Source: Octopus sinensis (taxonomy: Eukaryota). From it: 64,000 nt of DNA. Shown piece after piece: positions 1-12,345 of the stretch. Numbering within the stretch: position 1 is the stretch's first letter; every line of letters begins with the position of its first letter. The translations under genes were made by a program, and so were the position numbers. The notes under the pieces were generated by a model, which did not search any database, was not told the origin of the DNA, and worked only from the letters and a program-made list of their open reading frames with translations. The stretch is from NCBI RefSeq assembly GCF_006345805.1, contig NC_043014.1, positions 2,542,001 through 2,606,000 on the forward strand. The letters are read 5' to 3'.

Positions 1-116
1 AGTCGGCCCGAGGCTATAGTAGAAGACACTTGCCCAAGGTGCCACGCAGTAGGACTGAACCCGGAATCTTGTGGTTGGTAAACAAGCTACTTACTACACA
101 GCCATTCCTGCGCCTA
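1..116 (-). mobile_element. SINE family A, 5' part
   Basis: tRNA-like head matching the full copies below. Confidence 0.85.
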
Positions 117-370
117 ATAATAGTATTTTTTCATAAGCTTAAAGTTTATGGTGATCACCATACAAATGATTATGGAAAATAGTCTAATAAAGGGGCATAT
201 AAGCCCTCGACAGAAAAAAAGAGGGCTTTCCTGTACACATATTATTTACTTTTATCATTTCATTACATGCAAAACCCCACACTTTATGTCTGTCTTGATA
301 TTGTCTCCCTTATCCTTCACCCTGGTGGCAAATATGAGAAACAACCACCCCCATCATTATCATTATTATT

Positions 371-815
371 AAGGAGGGAGCTGGCAGGATCGTTAGTACA
401 TCAGGACAAAATCCTTAGTGGTAATTTCATCTGTCTTTATGGTCTGAGTTCAAATGTCACCAAGGTCAACTTTGCATTTCATCCTTTCAGGGTCTATAGA
501 ATAAGTACCAGTTGGACACTGGGGTCAGTGTAATCGACTAGCCCCCACCACCCCGAAATTGCTGGCCTTGTGCCAAAACTTGAAACCATCATCATCATTA
601 TTATTATCATTATTAAGAAGGTGGCAAGCTGGCGGAATTGTTAGCACGCTGAACGAAATGCGTAGCAGTATTTTGCCTGTTCCTGCATTCCGAGATCAAA
701 TTCTGCCGAGGTCAATTTTGCCTTTCATCCTTTCGGGGGTCCATAAAATAAGTACCAGTGAAACACTGGGGTCGATGTAATTGACTAGTCCCCTCCCTCC
801 AAATTTGAGGCTTTG
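371..815 (+). mobile_element. Two SINE family B copies (tail type 2)
   Basis: GAGTTCAAAT B-box; central GCCTTTCATCCTTTCGGGGTCGATAAA..AGTACCAG; the second copy runs directly into the R4-like LINE. Confidence 0.8.
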
Positions 816-2700
816 TGCCCAAAGCAGAGATTGAAGGATTTTTAATTGCAGCTGAAGACCAAAGCCTCCCCACCAGAAATTACCAAAAACATGTAATGAA
901 AAGAAACATAACAAGTAACTGCAGAATATGTGGAGATGGACAAGAAACAATAAATCATATTATCTCTAGCTGCCCAGTCCTGGCTAAGAAGGAATATATT
1001 CACAGACATGACAGAGTTGGAACCTATATACACTGGAAGCTATGCCAACATTATTGAATAACAACAGAAAAAAGATGGTATAAGCACACACCAGAAAAGG
1101 TCACAGAAAACGAGAAAGCAACCATACTCTGGGATATGCCGATACACACAGATAAAGAAATTAAGGCCAATAGGTCAGATATGGTGAAACTCTCTGCAAT
1201 GGGTGTGGGGGATGACCTTTTTAACTGGTTGAAATCCTTCATCCTCAGCCGAAAGGAGGTAGTCACAGTTCTAGGACAGCACTCTACACCATATGAGATG
1301 TCATCGGGTGTACCACAGGGATCTGTCCTTGGCCCCCTCTTGTTTGTGGCATACATTAACGACATAGATGCCAATTTAAAGAATGCCACAGTATTGAAAT
1401 ATGCAGACGACATCAAGCTGTACCTTGAAATCAAGAGGACAGATCCTGATGTCTACAACTCTTTCCTGCAATCAGACCTAGACACAATGCAGCAATGGAT
1501 CACAGACTGGCAACTGAAACTGGCTGTGGACAAGTGTACCACCATGCATTTTGGGAGAAAAAACCCTGCGTTCACATACTCCCTCCACAACACTGATATC
1601 AAGAAATCCTCTTGCGAGCGTGACCTAGGCATCACTGTCAGCAGTGATCTGCGTTGGTCAAAGCATATCTCTAAGATTGTCAGGAAGGCCGAGGGTGTCT
1701 TGGCATCACTCAGCAGGTCTTTTGTTAGCCGCTCTCCAGCCATCTATTTAAAACTGTATACAGCTATGGTACGACCACACTTGGAATTCGCATCATCAGT
1801 TTGGAACCCCTATCTTGCACAGAACATTGACCTCCTGGAATCTGTCCAGAGACGTGCAACCAAACGCATACCCTCCATCAGACACCTACCATATTCTGAG
1901 CGCCTTGTTTCCCTGGGCATGGATTCACTGAAGCTCCGGCGTTTGGCGACGGACTTGGTAAACACCCACAAAGTTATCAACCACCTCACCAACAACAACA
2001 CTGAACACCTTTTTGATCTCCATGTGTCTAACACACGTGGACATGCCTACAAAGTCAGAAAACAATACAGCTCCCATGACTTTCGGAAACATTTTTTCAC
2101 GCTCAGAGTTGCTGAAGCATGGAATAAACTGCCTGCGTCAGTTGTTGACTGCCATGACACTGCATCTTTTAAGGCCCTCATGCTTTCCGAAATCCGCCGA
2201 AACTTCACCTGATTATATATACACTTTAGATGAGTTGTAGTGCACCTGAGCACTGTACACAATTATTATTATTATTATTATATAGTTGTCAGAGATCATG
2301 AAGAAAAAAAATGTTTTCTAATTGATGTATCAATACCGGCAGATGACAACGTGTCTCTAAAAGAAATGGAGAAACTTTTAAAATACAAAGACCTGGAAAT
2401 AGAGGTAACTAGAATATGGAATCTAAAACAGAAACAATTCTTATCATAGTAGGTGCATTAGGTATGATAACAAAATATTCAAATACATAACAAAAACACC
2501 AGGACTTATATATATAACATACAGAAAATTGCACTACTGGGCACCTCACACATCCTACGCAAAACACTTTCAATAGAGGAACCATCAGAGCATCACAGCA
2601 AACCACAGCACATACCCAGGGCAAACACAGCTGCGCTCGGTAGTGCAGTGAAAGCATGCTATAAAAATAAGACCACTGAATAATAATAATACTAATTATT
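815..2700 (+). mobile_element. 5'-truncated R4/Dong-like non-LTR retrotransposon (REL endonuclease), split by a CR1-like insertion
   Basis: 815-1182 encodes CRICG..ETINHIISSC (CCHC), RHD and ILWDMPIHTDKEIKANRSDI. 2284-2580 continues VVRDHEEKKCFLIDVSIPADDNVSLKEMEK..KYKDL. Ends in an (AAT)n tail; carries a stop and frameshifts. Confidence 0.88.
1183..2283 (+). mobile_element. 5'-truncated CR1/L2-group LINE with an uninterrupted RT C-terminal ORF
   Basis: GVPQGSVLGPLLF, YADD, RPHLEFASSVWNP and FTLRVAEAWNKLP motifs; stop at 2212; short 3' UTR and (TTA)n tail. Confidence 0.93.
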
Positions 2701-2878
2701 ATTATTATTGTTATTTTATTAGCTGAACACAAATATCAAGGTGGGGCATTAATAGAGTATAAACTATTGTGAAAAGTTATAAATTGAAAGATTTTCTGAT
2801 TTTTTGAGAAAAGGAAAACAGAGATAAGAATACATAAAAATATATGTGTGTGTATATATATATATATATATGTATAAA

Positions 2879-2932
<54 letters not shown>

Positions 2933-2933
<1 letters not shown>

Positions 2934-3219
2934 GAGGCGCAATGGCCTAGTGGTTAGGGCAGCGGACTCGCGGTCGTAGGATCCCGGTTTCGAACCCAGA
3001 CCGGGCGTTGTGAGTGTTTATTGAGCGAAAACACCTAAAGCTCCATGAGGCTCTGGCGATCCCTGCTGTACTCTTTCGCCACAACTTTCTCTCACTCTTT
3101 CTTCTGTTGGCCTGCTCGCTTAGCCAGTGGGGTGGCGTCATTTGAAGGCTAAAACAATGTGAAGCGCATTGTGATCAGCGATGTGTAACAACATCTGATG
3201 GCCTGGTCGGTCACGGTGA
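2933..3219 (+). mobile_element. tRNA-derived SINE family E
   Basis: Head GGAGGCGCAATGGCCTAGTGGTTAGGGCAGCGG...TTTCGAACCC. A related head with a different tail lies at 29245-29555, nested in a SINE A. Confidence 0.8.
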
Positions 3220-3230
3220 TATATATATGT

Positions 3231-3449
3231 ATATATGAATTAGAAAAAAACCCACCTTTTTTCAATTCAAAAATGAAAAATTAAGTTATACCATTTAGAA
3301 AAATTATATCTTTTTGCACATTACTTAATCATCGTTATATGTTTTATCTTATATTTAATCTTTCTATAATATGTAATTTTTCTAAATGGTATAATTTAAT
3401 TGTTCATTATTGAATTGATAAAAGGTGGGGTTTTTTCTAATTCATATAT
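3231..3449. repeat. AT-rich foldback element
   Basis: Inverted arms of about 80 bp (3231-3310 / 3372-3449) starting in TA repeats. Confidence 0.8.
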
Positions 3450-3669
3450 AAATATTTTATATTTTGTGAAATTTGATTTAGTATTTCTAAATTGAATTTT
3501 TCCCTGTAAGTTTGGAATAATATTTCCTTATATTATATATATAGATAGATATATACATATGTATATATGTTTTACGTTCTTGTCCCAGTTTGTATTTTTC
3601 TACATATAATATACATATGTATATGCTTATGTATGTATGTATATGTATATATATATGTATATATATGTA

Positions 3670-4008
3670 TAGCCTCGTCTGGCACCTGTGTCGCGGGCAC
3701 ATAAGAAAACACCATCCGAGCGTGGCCGTCTGCCAGCCTCGTCTGACACCTGTGTCGGTGGCACATAAAAACACCATCCGAGCGTGGCCGTCTGCCAGCC
3801 TCGTCTGGCACCTGTGTCGGTGGCACATAAAATCACCCACTACACTCTCGGAGTGGTTGGCGTTAGGAAGGGCATCCAGCTGTAGAAACACTGCCAGATC
3901 TGACTGGCCTGGTGCAGCCTTCGAGCTTGCCAGACCCCAGTTGAACCGTCCAACCCATGCTAGCATGGAAAGCGGACGTTAAACGATGATGATGATGATG
4001 ATGATGAT
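3670..4008 (+). mobile_element. Repeat family C, (GAT)n-tailed, with an internal minisatellite
   Basis: GGCGTTAGGAAGGGCATCCAGCTGTAGAAAC core; tail CCATGCTAGCATGGAAAGCGGACGTTAAAC(GAT)n. Further copies near 5055, 5745, 6975, 15580, 20742, 22865, 24045, 32490, 33095, 41290, 44915, 45480, 59415 and 61060. Confidence 0.8.
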
Positions 4009-4011
4009 ATA

Positions 4012-4399
4012 GGCGCAGGAGTGGCTGTGTGGTAAGTAGCTTGTTTACCAACCACATGGTTCCGGGTTCAGTCCCACTGCGTGGCATCTTGGGCAAGTGT
4101 CTTCTGCTATAGCCCCGGGCCGACCAATGCCTTGTGAGTGGATTTGGTAGACGGAAACTGAAAGAAGCCTGTCGTATATATGTATATATATATAAGTGTG
4201 TGTGTCTGTGTTTGTCCCCCTAGCATTGCTTGACAACCGATACTGGTGTATTTATGTCCCCGTTATTAGCGGTTCGGCAAAAGAGACCGATAGAATAAGT
4301 ACTGGGCTTACAAAGAATAAGTCCTGGGGTAGATTTGCTCGACTAAAGGAGGTGCTCCAGCATGGCCGCAGTCAAATGACTGAAACAATTAAAAAAAAA
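4012..4399 (+). mobile_element. tRNA-derived SINE family A (full copy)
   Basis: A-box TGGCTGTGTGG and B-box GGTTCAGTCC; internal (TA/TG)n; tail GGTGCTCCAGCATGGCCGCAGTCAAATGACTGAAAC; more than 20 copies in the window. Confidence 0.9.
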
Positions 4400-5209
4400 T
4401 ATGTATATGCTTATGTATGTATGTATATGTATGTATGTATATATATATATGTATGTATGTATATATATATATATGTATATATATATATGTGTATATATAT
4501 ATATGTGTATGTATGTATGTATGTGTGTATGTATGTATGTATGTAAAGGTGTAGACATGGCTGTGTGATAGGAAGTTTGCTTGCCAACCCCGTGGTTCCA
4601 GGTTCCGGTGTGTATGTGTCTTTGTTTGTCCCCGATCACTGCTTAGCAATTGGTGTCTGTTTGTTTACATCCCCATAACTTAGCAGTTTGGCAAAGGAGA
4701 CCAACAGAACAGCTACCAAGCTTAAAGGCAAAACATAGGTACTGGGGCTGATTCATTCGACCAAAAATTCTCCAAGGCGTTACTCCAGCTTGGCCGCAAT
4801 CTAGTGACTGAAACTAGTAAATGATAGAAGATAAAAGAGTCTTTCTTCCATATACTGGCTGTGAGATATAATAATATCACTCACTGGATATCCTCTGCAT
4901 GGATATCTCTCATAGCCCAATAAATATAATTGTCCGTCTGTTTCTTCATCCATTCTTTCTATCTTTATTTGTTTCTCTGTTCATCTATCTATCTATCTAT
5001 CTATATATCTATCTATTTATCTATCTGTCTGGTTATCTATCTATCTACACTCGCGGAGTGGTTGGCGTTAGGAAGGGCATCCAGCCGTAGAAACACTGCC
5101 AAATCTGACTGGGCCTGATGAAGCCTTCCGGCTTCACAGACCCCAGTTAAACCGTCCAACCCATGCTAGCATGGAAAGCGGACGCTAAATGATGATGATG
5201 ATGATGATG

Positions 5210-5275
5210 ATATCTTTCTATCTATCTATCTATCTATATATCTATCTATCTATCTATTTATCTATCCATCTATCC

Positions 5276-5340
<65 letters not shown>

Positions 5341-5410
5341 CCTACCTACCTACCTATCTATCTATCTATCCATCTATCAGTCTATCTATCTATCCATCTA
5401 GCTATCTAAC
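5210..5410. repeat. (TCTA)n microsatellite
   Basis: Direct reading. Confidence 0.95.
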
Positions 5411-6297
5411 TATCTTTCTTCCTTTCTTTCGTTCTTTCTTATCTGCCTTGTCTATTTTATTTATCTTTCTTATCTATCTCATCTGTCTGCCTGTCCCTAT
5501 CTATCTGTGTGTCTGTCTGTCCATCTCTATCTATCTGTCTATCTACATCGGTGGCTGGGAATCTTTTTTAACCAATTACCCCAAAATATATTTATTTACA
5601 CCAAAGTTATCCCCTTGATTTGAAAGGAAGGACATCATAGATTCTATGAATTCAAAAGCTTTATTGAATCTATTTACACGTCCATTACATTAGACAAGTG
5701 CTGTGTTGCCAGAAGAAAAACTTTCTGTTGTTACAAGGACACATCATCATCATCATCGTTTAACGTCCGTTTCCCACGCTAGCACGGGTTGGACGGTTCG
5801 ACCGGGGTCTGGGAAGCCAGGGGCTGCACCAGGCTCCAGTCTGATCTGGCAGAGTTTCTACAGCTGGATGCCCTTCCTGACGCCAACCACTCCGTGAGTG
5901 TAGTGGGTGCTTTTTACGTGCCACGTTTTTTATATAATTTTACTTATGTCTCTATGAGTCCTACTTACCCCCAAGAATTTTATTTTTACCCCACAGGGGA
6001 TAATCTACTCCGGTTTGCTAACTCCTTATCTATATCTATCTGTTTGTCTGTCCCTTCTTCCCTCCCTCTGCTTGTTCCATCTACCCATCCAATGGCATCT
6101 TTCAGTTTCTGTCTGCTAAATCTACTCACAGGGCTTTGGTTAGCCCAAGGATATGGTAGTAGCAGAGACACTCGTCCAAGGTGCTATGCAGTGGGATTGA
6201 ACCTAAAAACAAGAAGCAAAGCAAGCTGCTTAACCACAAAGCCATCCACACACACCACACACACATACATGAATCGGTTTATCTGCCTCTTTCCATT

Positions 6298-6515
6298 CTA
6301 TATGAGGGAACGGCGACTTTCGAGTCGAAAAGGTCTGCAGAGCTGGAGGAGAAAAGACGACAACAACCACGTACGACTCTCCCTTCCGGCACTAGATGTC
6401 CGCACTGTGACCGATCTTTTCAAGCAAGAATTGGTCTTATCGGTCACCTGCGGACTCACCAGTAAATCTGCGCGAAGACCATCATCCTCGACCTTGAGGG
6501 ATTGCCATCATCATC
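6298..6515 (+). mobile_element. RTE (BovB-like) LINE 3' end
   Basis: C-terminal C2H2 finger CPHCDRSFQARIGLIGHLRTHQ-stop; short 3' UTR ending in (CAT)n. Confidence 0.8.
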
Positions 6516-6519
6516 TTTA

Positions 6520-6740
6520 TTGCCTACAAGGGGCTAAACATAAAAGGGGCAAACAAGGACAGACAAAGGGATTAAGTCGATTACATCGACCCCAGTGAGA
6601 AACTGGTACTTTATTTATCAACCCCGAAAGGATGAAAGGCAAGTCGACCTCAGCGGAATTTGAACTCAGAACGTAACGGCAGACGAAATACCGCTAAGCA
6701 TTTCGCCCAGCATGCTAACGTGTCAGCCAGTTCACCGCCC
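6520..6740 (-). mobile_element. SINE family B (tail type 1)
   Basis: Reverse complement of 9885-10110. Confidence 0.85.
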
Positions 6741-7549
6741 TTTTCCCTCTATATATAAACACACATATCTGTTTGTTATGTTTGGCCATGGTCATATTTT
6801 GACCAATGAAACACATGCACTATTTACTTGGTCTCCACTTTATTATTATTATTATTATTTTTATCATTTTAGTGTCCTTGATCTAATCTCCTTCATCACA
6901 CATCCTGTGATCTCTTCAACAACTCTTTTTTTCCACGTGCATCCACTTTTCCTGCTTTGTTCATACTGACTCATCATCATCATCATCGTTCAATGTCCGC
7001 TTTCCATGCTGGCATGGGTCGGACGATTTGACTGAGGTCTGGCGAACCAGATGGCTGCACCTAATCTGGCAGTGTTTCTACAGCTGGATGTCCTTCCTAA
7101 CGTCAACCACTCTGAGAGTGTAGTGGGTGCTTTTTATGTGCCACTGGCATGGCATGCCAAACAATCCTTTGTACTATAGGCACAAGGCAAAAAAGTTTTG
7201 TGGGGAGTGGGTAAGTCGATTACATCGATCCCAGTATGCAACTGGTATTTAATTTATCAATCATGAAAGGGTGACAGGCAAAGTCGACCTCGGTAGAATT
7301 TGAACTCAGAACGCTAAGACAGACAAAATGCTGCTGGGCATTTTTTGTCTGACAAACTAACAGTTCTGCTGACTCGGTACCTTACAAGGATTTCTTTTAT
7401 TGGCCACAAGGGTCCAAGACATGGAGGACAATATCGAAGGACAAATAGAGACGGGTAGGATTTACATCAGTTGAAGGGAAATACTACCACAGTCAAGGAT
7501 ATAACAGAGGAAATATGATAGAAATTAGAGGAATAAATAGTCTTTTCTT

Positions 7550-7862
7550 TTAAAGGCACAAGGCCCGAAATTTTGGGGGGGTGGGGAGCAATCGATTAGA
7601 TCGACCCCAGTATACAACTGGTACCTAATTTATCGACCCCGAAAGGATGAAAGGCGAAGTCGACCTCAGCGGAATTTGAACTCAGAATGAAAGAAATGAA
7701 TATTCTTTTCTGCACTAGGCACAAAGCCCAAACATTTTGGGGAGGGGGCCAGTTGATTAGATCGAGCCCAGTATGCAACTGGTACCTAATTTATTAACCC
7801 CGAAAGGATGAAAGGCAAAGTTGACCTCTGCTGAATTTGAACTCGGAATGAGAGAAATGAAT
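7550..7862 (-). mobile_element. Tandem pair of 5'-truncated SINE B fragments (tail type 2)
   Basis: Two units of about 160 bp, each ending GAATGA(A/G)AGAAATGAATAT. Confidence 0.75.
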
Positions 7863-8775
7863 ATTAAATAGATAAAATAGCAGGGGAGTCCACTTAGGGC
7901 AATCTGGGGGTAAACCCCCACACAAAAATCTAGGATTACTCTGCTATCCTCAAGGCATGGGAATAACAACAACAACAGTTGTGTGTGATTAAGACACAAA
8001 CCCATCAATTTTGAGGGAAAGGGCAATAGTTGACCGGTACTTCATTTTAATAATGGGTGTGTTTCTCAGCTTTTCATTCAAGCACACTTGAAGAATTCTA
8101 AGAAAATATAATTATTTAGATAAAGAAAATGACAAAAAAGCAACATTTCCTTTTAGTTTGGAATTCTGTCTGCTCTGTTGGAAGATCACAGTTCTCCGTC
8201 TCATCTGTCAACGGTATTTTCTTCAACTTTCTCTCAATTCATCTCTGGTTATTCCATTTGGCAACACACCAACATCTCACAATCCCCTCAAGTCTCTTTT
8301 GGACTCTCTCTCTCTCTCTCTCTCTCCAAATTAATGCAAATTTATTTAACATCTTAAAGGATTATATCAACATCCTCCTCTCCTACCCACTCATCCCTCT
8401 TTTCTTCTCTCTCTTTTTTCTATTCTCTCTTCTCTCTTTTATCTCTTTTCTCTTTCTTTTTTGCTCTCCTTTTCTCTCTTTCTTCTCTTTCTTTCTCTCA
8501 GTCCCCTTACTTTTCTTTATCTCCTCTCTCTCCCTCTGTATATATGAATATATATGCACGTGTATATACATTTGTGTGTATATATAGTCATGTGTGTGTG
8601 TGTGTGTGTATTCATAGTTCAGGTATCCTTCATCCCATGGCTAAGATGTCACCAAATGAGAAGAAATAGTCAACATGATGTTGCAATATAGAAGAAAAAA
8701 AAAAACAAACTAAAAAGAAAAAAAATATGTAAAAAGTGTTATTGAACAATTTTTGCAAAGAATTTATTAGTGTGT

Positions 8776-8920
8776 GGTAAGAGGCTTGCTTCCCAACCAC
8801 ATGGTTCCAGGTTCAGTCCTACTGTGGGACATCTTGGGTTACTGTCTTCTGCTATAGCCTTGGTCCAACCAAAGCCTTGTCACTGGATTTGGTAGATGGA
8901 AACTGAAAAGAAGCCTGTTG

Positions 8921-8951
<31 letters not shown>

Positions 8952-9146
8952 CTTTTTGTCTATTTGTTCCCTGACTACAGTTTGACAACCGGTGTTGGTG
9001 TGTTTACATCCCTGTAACTTTGTGGTTCAGCAAAAGAGTCCAACAGAAAAGTGCCAGGCTTACCAAAAAAAAAAAAAAATTAAATAAGAACTGGGGTTGA
9101 TTTAACCAACTAAAATTCTTCAAGGTCTTGCCCCAGCATGGCCACA
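8776..9146 (+). mobile_element. SINE family A (diverged)
   Basis: Homologous to 4012-4399. Confidence 0.8.
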
Positions 9147-9264
9147 GTCAAATTGATGCAATGCTTGGCCTGTTCTCTCTCTCTAACCGGAATCGTTGCT
9201 GGGTGTGTGTCATGTGACAGACATAAAGATCTTGGGAAAATGCTGCCAAGTATTTCATCCAGCA

Positions 9265-9462
9265 TTCTTTTACTTGTTTCAGTCATTTGACTGTGGCCAT
9301 GCTGGAGCACTGCCTTTAGTCGAGCAAATCGACCCCAGGACTTATTCTTTGTAAGCCCAGTACTTAATTCTATTGGTCTCTGTTGTTGAACGACATAAAC
9401 ACACCAGCATTGGTTGTCAAGAGATGTTGGGGGGACAAACACAGACACACAATCATATACAC

Positions 9463-9509
<47 letters not shown>

Positions 9510-9632
9510 CATACATATATACGACAGGCTTTCCATCTACCAAATCCATTCACAAGGCTTTGGTCGGCCCGAGGCTATAGTAGAAGACACTTGCCCAAGG
9601 TGCCACGCAGTGGGACTGAACCTGGAACCATG
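9265..9632 (-). mobile_element. SINE family A
   Basis: Reverse complement of 4012-4399. Confidence 0.85.
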
Positions 9633-9884
9633 CTAACGATTCTGTTAGCTTGTGACCTTTGGTTGAAAATTTTGGTCGAAAGCCAGGAACTTTAGTGGAA
9701 AGCGCTAAGTCGATTACATTGACACTTGTAATGGTCTTGTATTTTATTGACAATCTCAGCCCCCTCCGCCTTGCCCTGCTGTCTGCTGAAGTCTTGACCA
9801 ATTCTTGCCGATTTGGCATCCCAAACAGGCTCTTTTGAGGGTTGGGTCTGTTTAGCACCATCAACCTGACTATGTAAACAAGTG

Positions 9885-10110
9885 GTGAGCTGGCAGAAAC
9901 GTTAGCACGCTGGGCAAAATGCGAAGCCGTATTTCGTCTGCCGTTACGTTCTGAGTTCAAATTCCACCGAGGTCGACTTTGCCTTTTATCCTTTCGGGGT
10001 CGATAAATAAAGTACCAGTTACGCACTGGGGTCGATGTAATCGACTTTATCCCTTTGCCTGTCCTTGTTTGTCCCCTCTATGTTTAGCTCCCTGTGGGCA
10101 ATAAAGAAAT
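9885..10110 (+). mobile_element. SINE family B (full copy)
   Basis: Head GGTGAGCTGGCAGAAACGTTAGCAC, B-box, central domain, tail TGTGGGCAATAAAGAAATA. Confidence 0.88.
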
Positions 10111-10529
10111 ATATATAAACAGGTTGCAGTAGAACACACACACACACACAATGGTGTTGATATATGGCAGTGTGGTTAGGGAGTTCAGGTCTTTTATCGT
10201 TTACTTGTTTCACTCACGAGACTGTGGCCATGCTGGGGCACTGCCTTGAAGAATTTTAGCCGAAAGAATCGACCCCGGTACTTATTTAATTCTTTTATTT
10301 AGGCAAGATACTTATTCCGTCAGTCCCTTTTGTCAAACCACTAAGTTATGGGGATGTAAACACAGCAACACAAGTTGTCAAGTGGTGATGTTACACACAC
10401 ACACACACACACACAGTCAGTGTGTGTGTGTATATAGTAGGTACCTCCACCAAACAACCTTGGCGGGGACACTTGTTTTGTGGCCAACAAATAGAGAATG
10501 TAACAGATTGTACTAGATCGTGTACGTGT

Positions 10530-10530
10530 G

Positions 10531-10596
<66 letters not shown>

Positions 10597-10700
10597 TATA
10601 CACACATTTTATATATATATATATACATACATACACACACATACATACATACATACATACACACACACATACAAGCATATATACCCACACTTGCATATAC
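10530..10700. repeat. (TA)n/(CATA)n microsatellite
   Basis: Direct reading. Confidence 0.95.
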
Positions 10701-10984
10701 ATGCACACACCACTCTGTAAATCAATCCACAAAGTATAATCAGCTGTAAAGAATGAGATTAGCAAATATTATAATCCTTTCATCCTCTCTTTATGTGTGT
10801 GTGGGGGGTGGGGGTGAAGGTGCAGGCGTGGCTGTTTGGTTAAGAAGCTTGCTTCCCCCACCATATGGTCTTTGGTTCAGTCCCACTGCATGTCACCTTG
10901 AACAGGTGTCTTCTATTATGGCCCTAGGCTGGCCAAAGCATTGTGAGTGGATTTGATTGACGGAAACTGGAAAAGGCTGATCAT

Positions 10985-11150
10985 ATACATAGATACATAC
11001 ATCCATACACACATACATACATACACACACACATACATACATACATACTTACATGCATACATACATACATACACACATACATACTTACATACACACACAC
11101 ACACATACATACATACATACATGCTTACATACATACATACATACACACAC

Positions 11151-11186
<36 letters not shown>

Positions 11187-11207
11187 ACATACATACATAC
11201 ATACATA
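10985..11207. repeat. (CATA)n/(CA)n compound microsatellite
   Basis: Direct reading. Confidence 0.95.
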
Positions 11208-11302
11208 TGGTAGCAGCGGTCAATTACAGACCCAGCACCAGAGTGGCTAGCTCACTACACAAGGGTAGTACCAGTCGTGGCTATCCCTCGGGATGGGGTT
11301 TC

Positions 11303-11437
11303 CGAAATCAGCTGCCCAGCAGATGTTAACATAAAGCTAAAGATCAGCGCAAAAGAAAATACCTATGCCGAACTATTGAGGAATCTACAGCTACTCTATC
11401 CAGATTACAAGTTCATAATTCCTCAGTGACATTTGAA
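11303..11437 (+). mobile_element. Fragment of REL endonuclease from an R4-like LINE
   Basis: EISCPADVNIKLKISAKENTYAELLRNLQLLYPDYKF resembles the D/E-x-S-x-P...EK..Y REL motif seen at 2284-2400. Confidence 0.55.
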
Positions 11438-11748
11438 CTCATGATGTACAGGCCCAGAAGAAAAGCTGCCAAGCATTTTGTAAGACGTGCTAATGAATCC
11501 TTATTCTGAGGTACACAGTTTGCACAACATCCATAAGATGATGTAATGTTATGCGACTCACAACTCATCAGGCAGCAACATAAAGGTTAATTAATAGATC
11601 GTCAACAAGTCTTGCCACAATGAAGACTTTTAAGGAAACAACTGTAGCAACATCAGACTTTGCCTTTTATGCTTTCAGGGTCATTAAACAAGAACCGGTC
11701 AAGCACTGGTCAATATAGTTTTATCTCCCCCCTACTTTCTCTCTACAT

Positions 11749-11928
11749 CAGTGGTCCGCAACCCTTTTTCACTTGCCATACACTTATGTTCTTTTCGAAA
11801 CCCAGTGGCACACCTGAACTAAGAATATAACTAAAGGTATAGAAAAAAAATTATGTTCAGGTGACACTGTGGCACACATCGTCTCATGGCACACCAGTGT
11901 GACATGGCATACTGGTTGCAGAGCACTG
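11749..11928. mobile_element. hAT-like MITE
   Basis: TIRs CAGTGGTCCGCAACC / GGTTGCAGAGCACTG; imperfect 8-bp TSD CTCTACAT/CTCTTTAT. Confidence 0.7.
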
Positions 11929-11954
11929 CTCTTTATATATGTTTATATAATCAG

Positions 11955-12345
11955 CCAGTGGCACATAAAAAGCACCATCCGAGCGTGGCCGATGCCAGTG
12001 CCACCTCGACTGGCTTCTGTGCCGGTGGCACATAAAAAGCACCATCCGTATGTGGCCGATGCCAGCGCTGCCTTGGCTGGCTTCCGTGCTGGTGGCACGT
12101 TAAAAGCACCAACCGATCGTGGCTGATGCCAGACTCCCCTGGCACCTGTACGGGTGGCACGTAAAAAGCACCCACTACACTCGCGGACTGGTTGGCGTTA
12201 GGAAGGGCATCCAGCTGTAGAAACACTGCCAGATCAGACTGGAGCCTGGTGCAGCCTCCTGGCTTCTCAGATCCCCGGTCGAACCATCCAACCCATGCTA
12301 GCGCGGAAAACAGACGTTAAACGATGATGATGATGATGATGATAT
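11955..12345 (+). mobile_element. Repeat family C with an internal array
   Basis: Repeated GGTGGCAC(A/G)TAAAA(A)GCACC units precede the family C core. Confidence 0.8.

Noticed and set aside
2933-3005. tRNA gene
   Set aside because: The tRNA-like head continues into a SINE body with no acceptor stem or terminator; the same holds for the heads at 30846 and 42478.
3670-3835. CRISPR-like repeat/spacer layout
   Set aside because: Eukaryotic context, no cas genes, and the spacers are similar to one another; this is an internal minisatellite of a retroposon.
3487-4649. Several 60-160 aa ORFs, recurring with near-identical peptides across the window
   Set aside because: They are translations of SINE A, family C and TA/CA microsatellites.
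11545-11575. CTGATGA followed by a 6-bp hairpin on the minus strand
   Set aside because: Followed by ATTA rather than GAAA; the second half of the core is missing.
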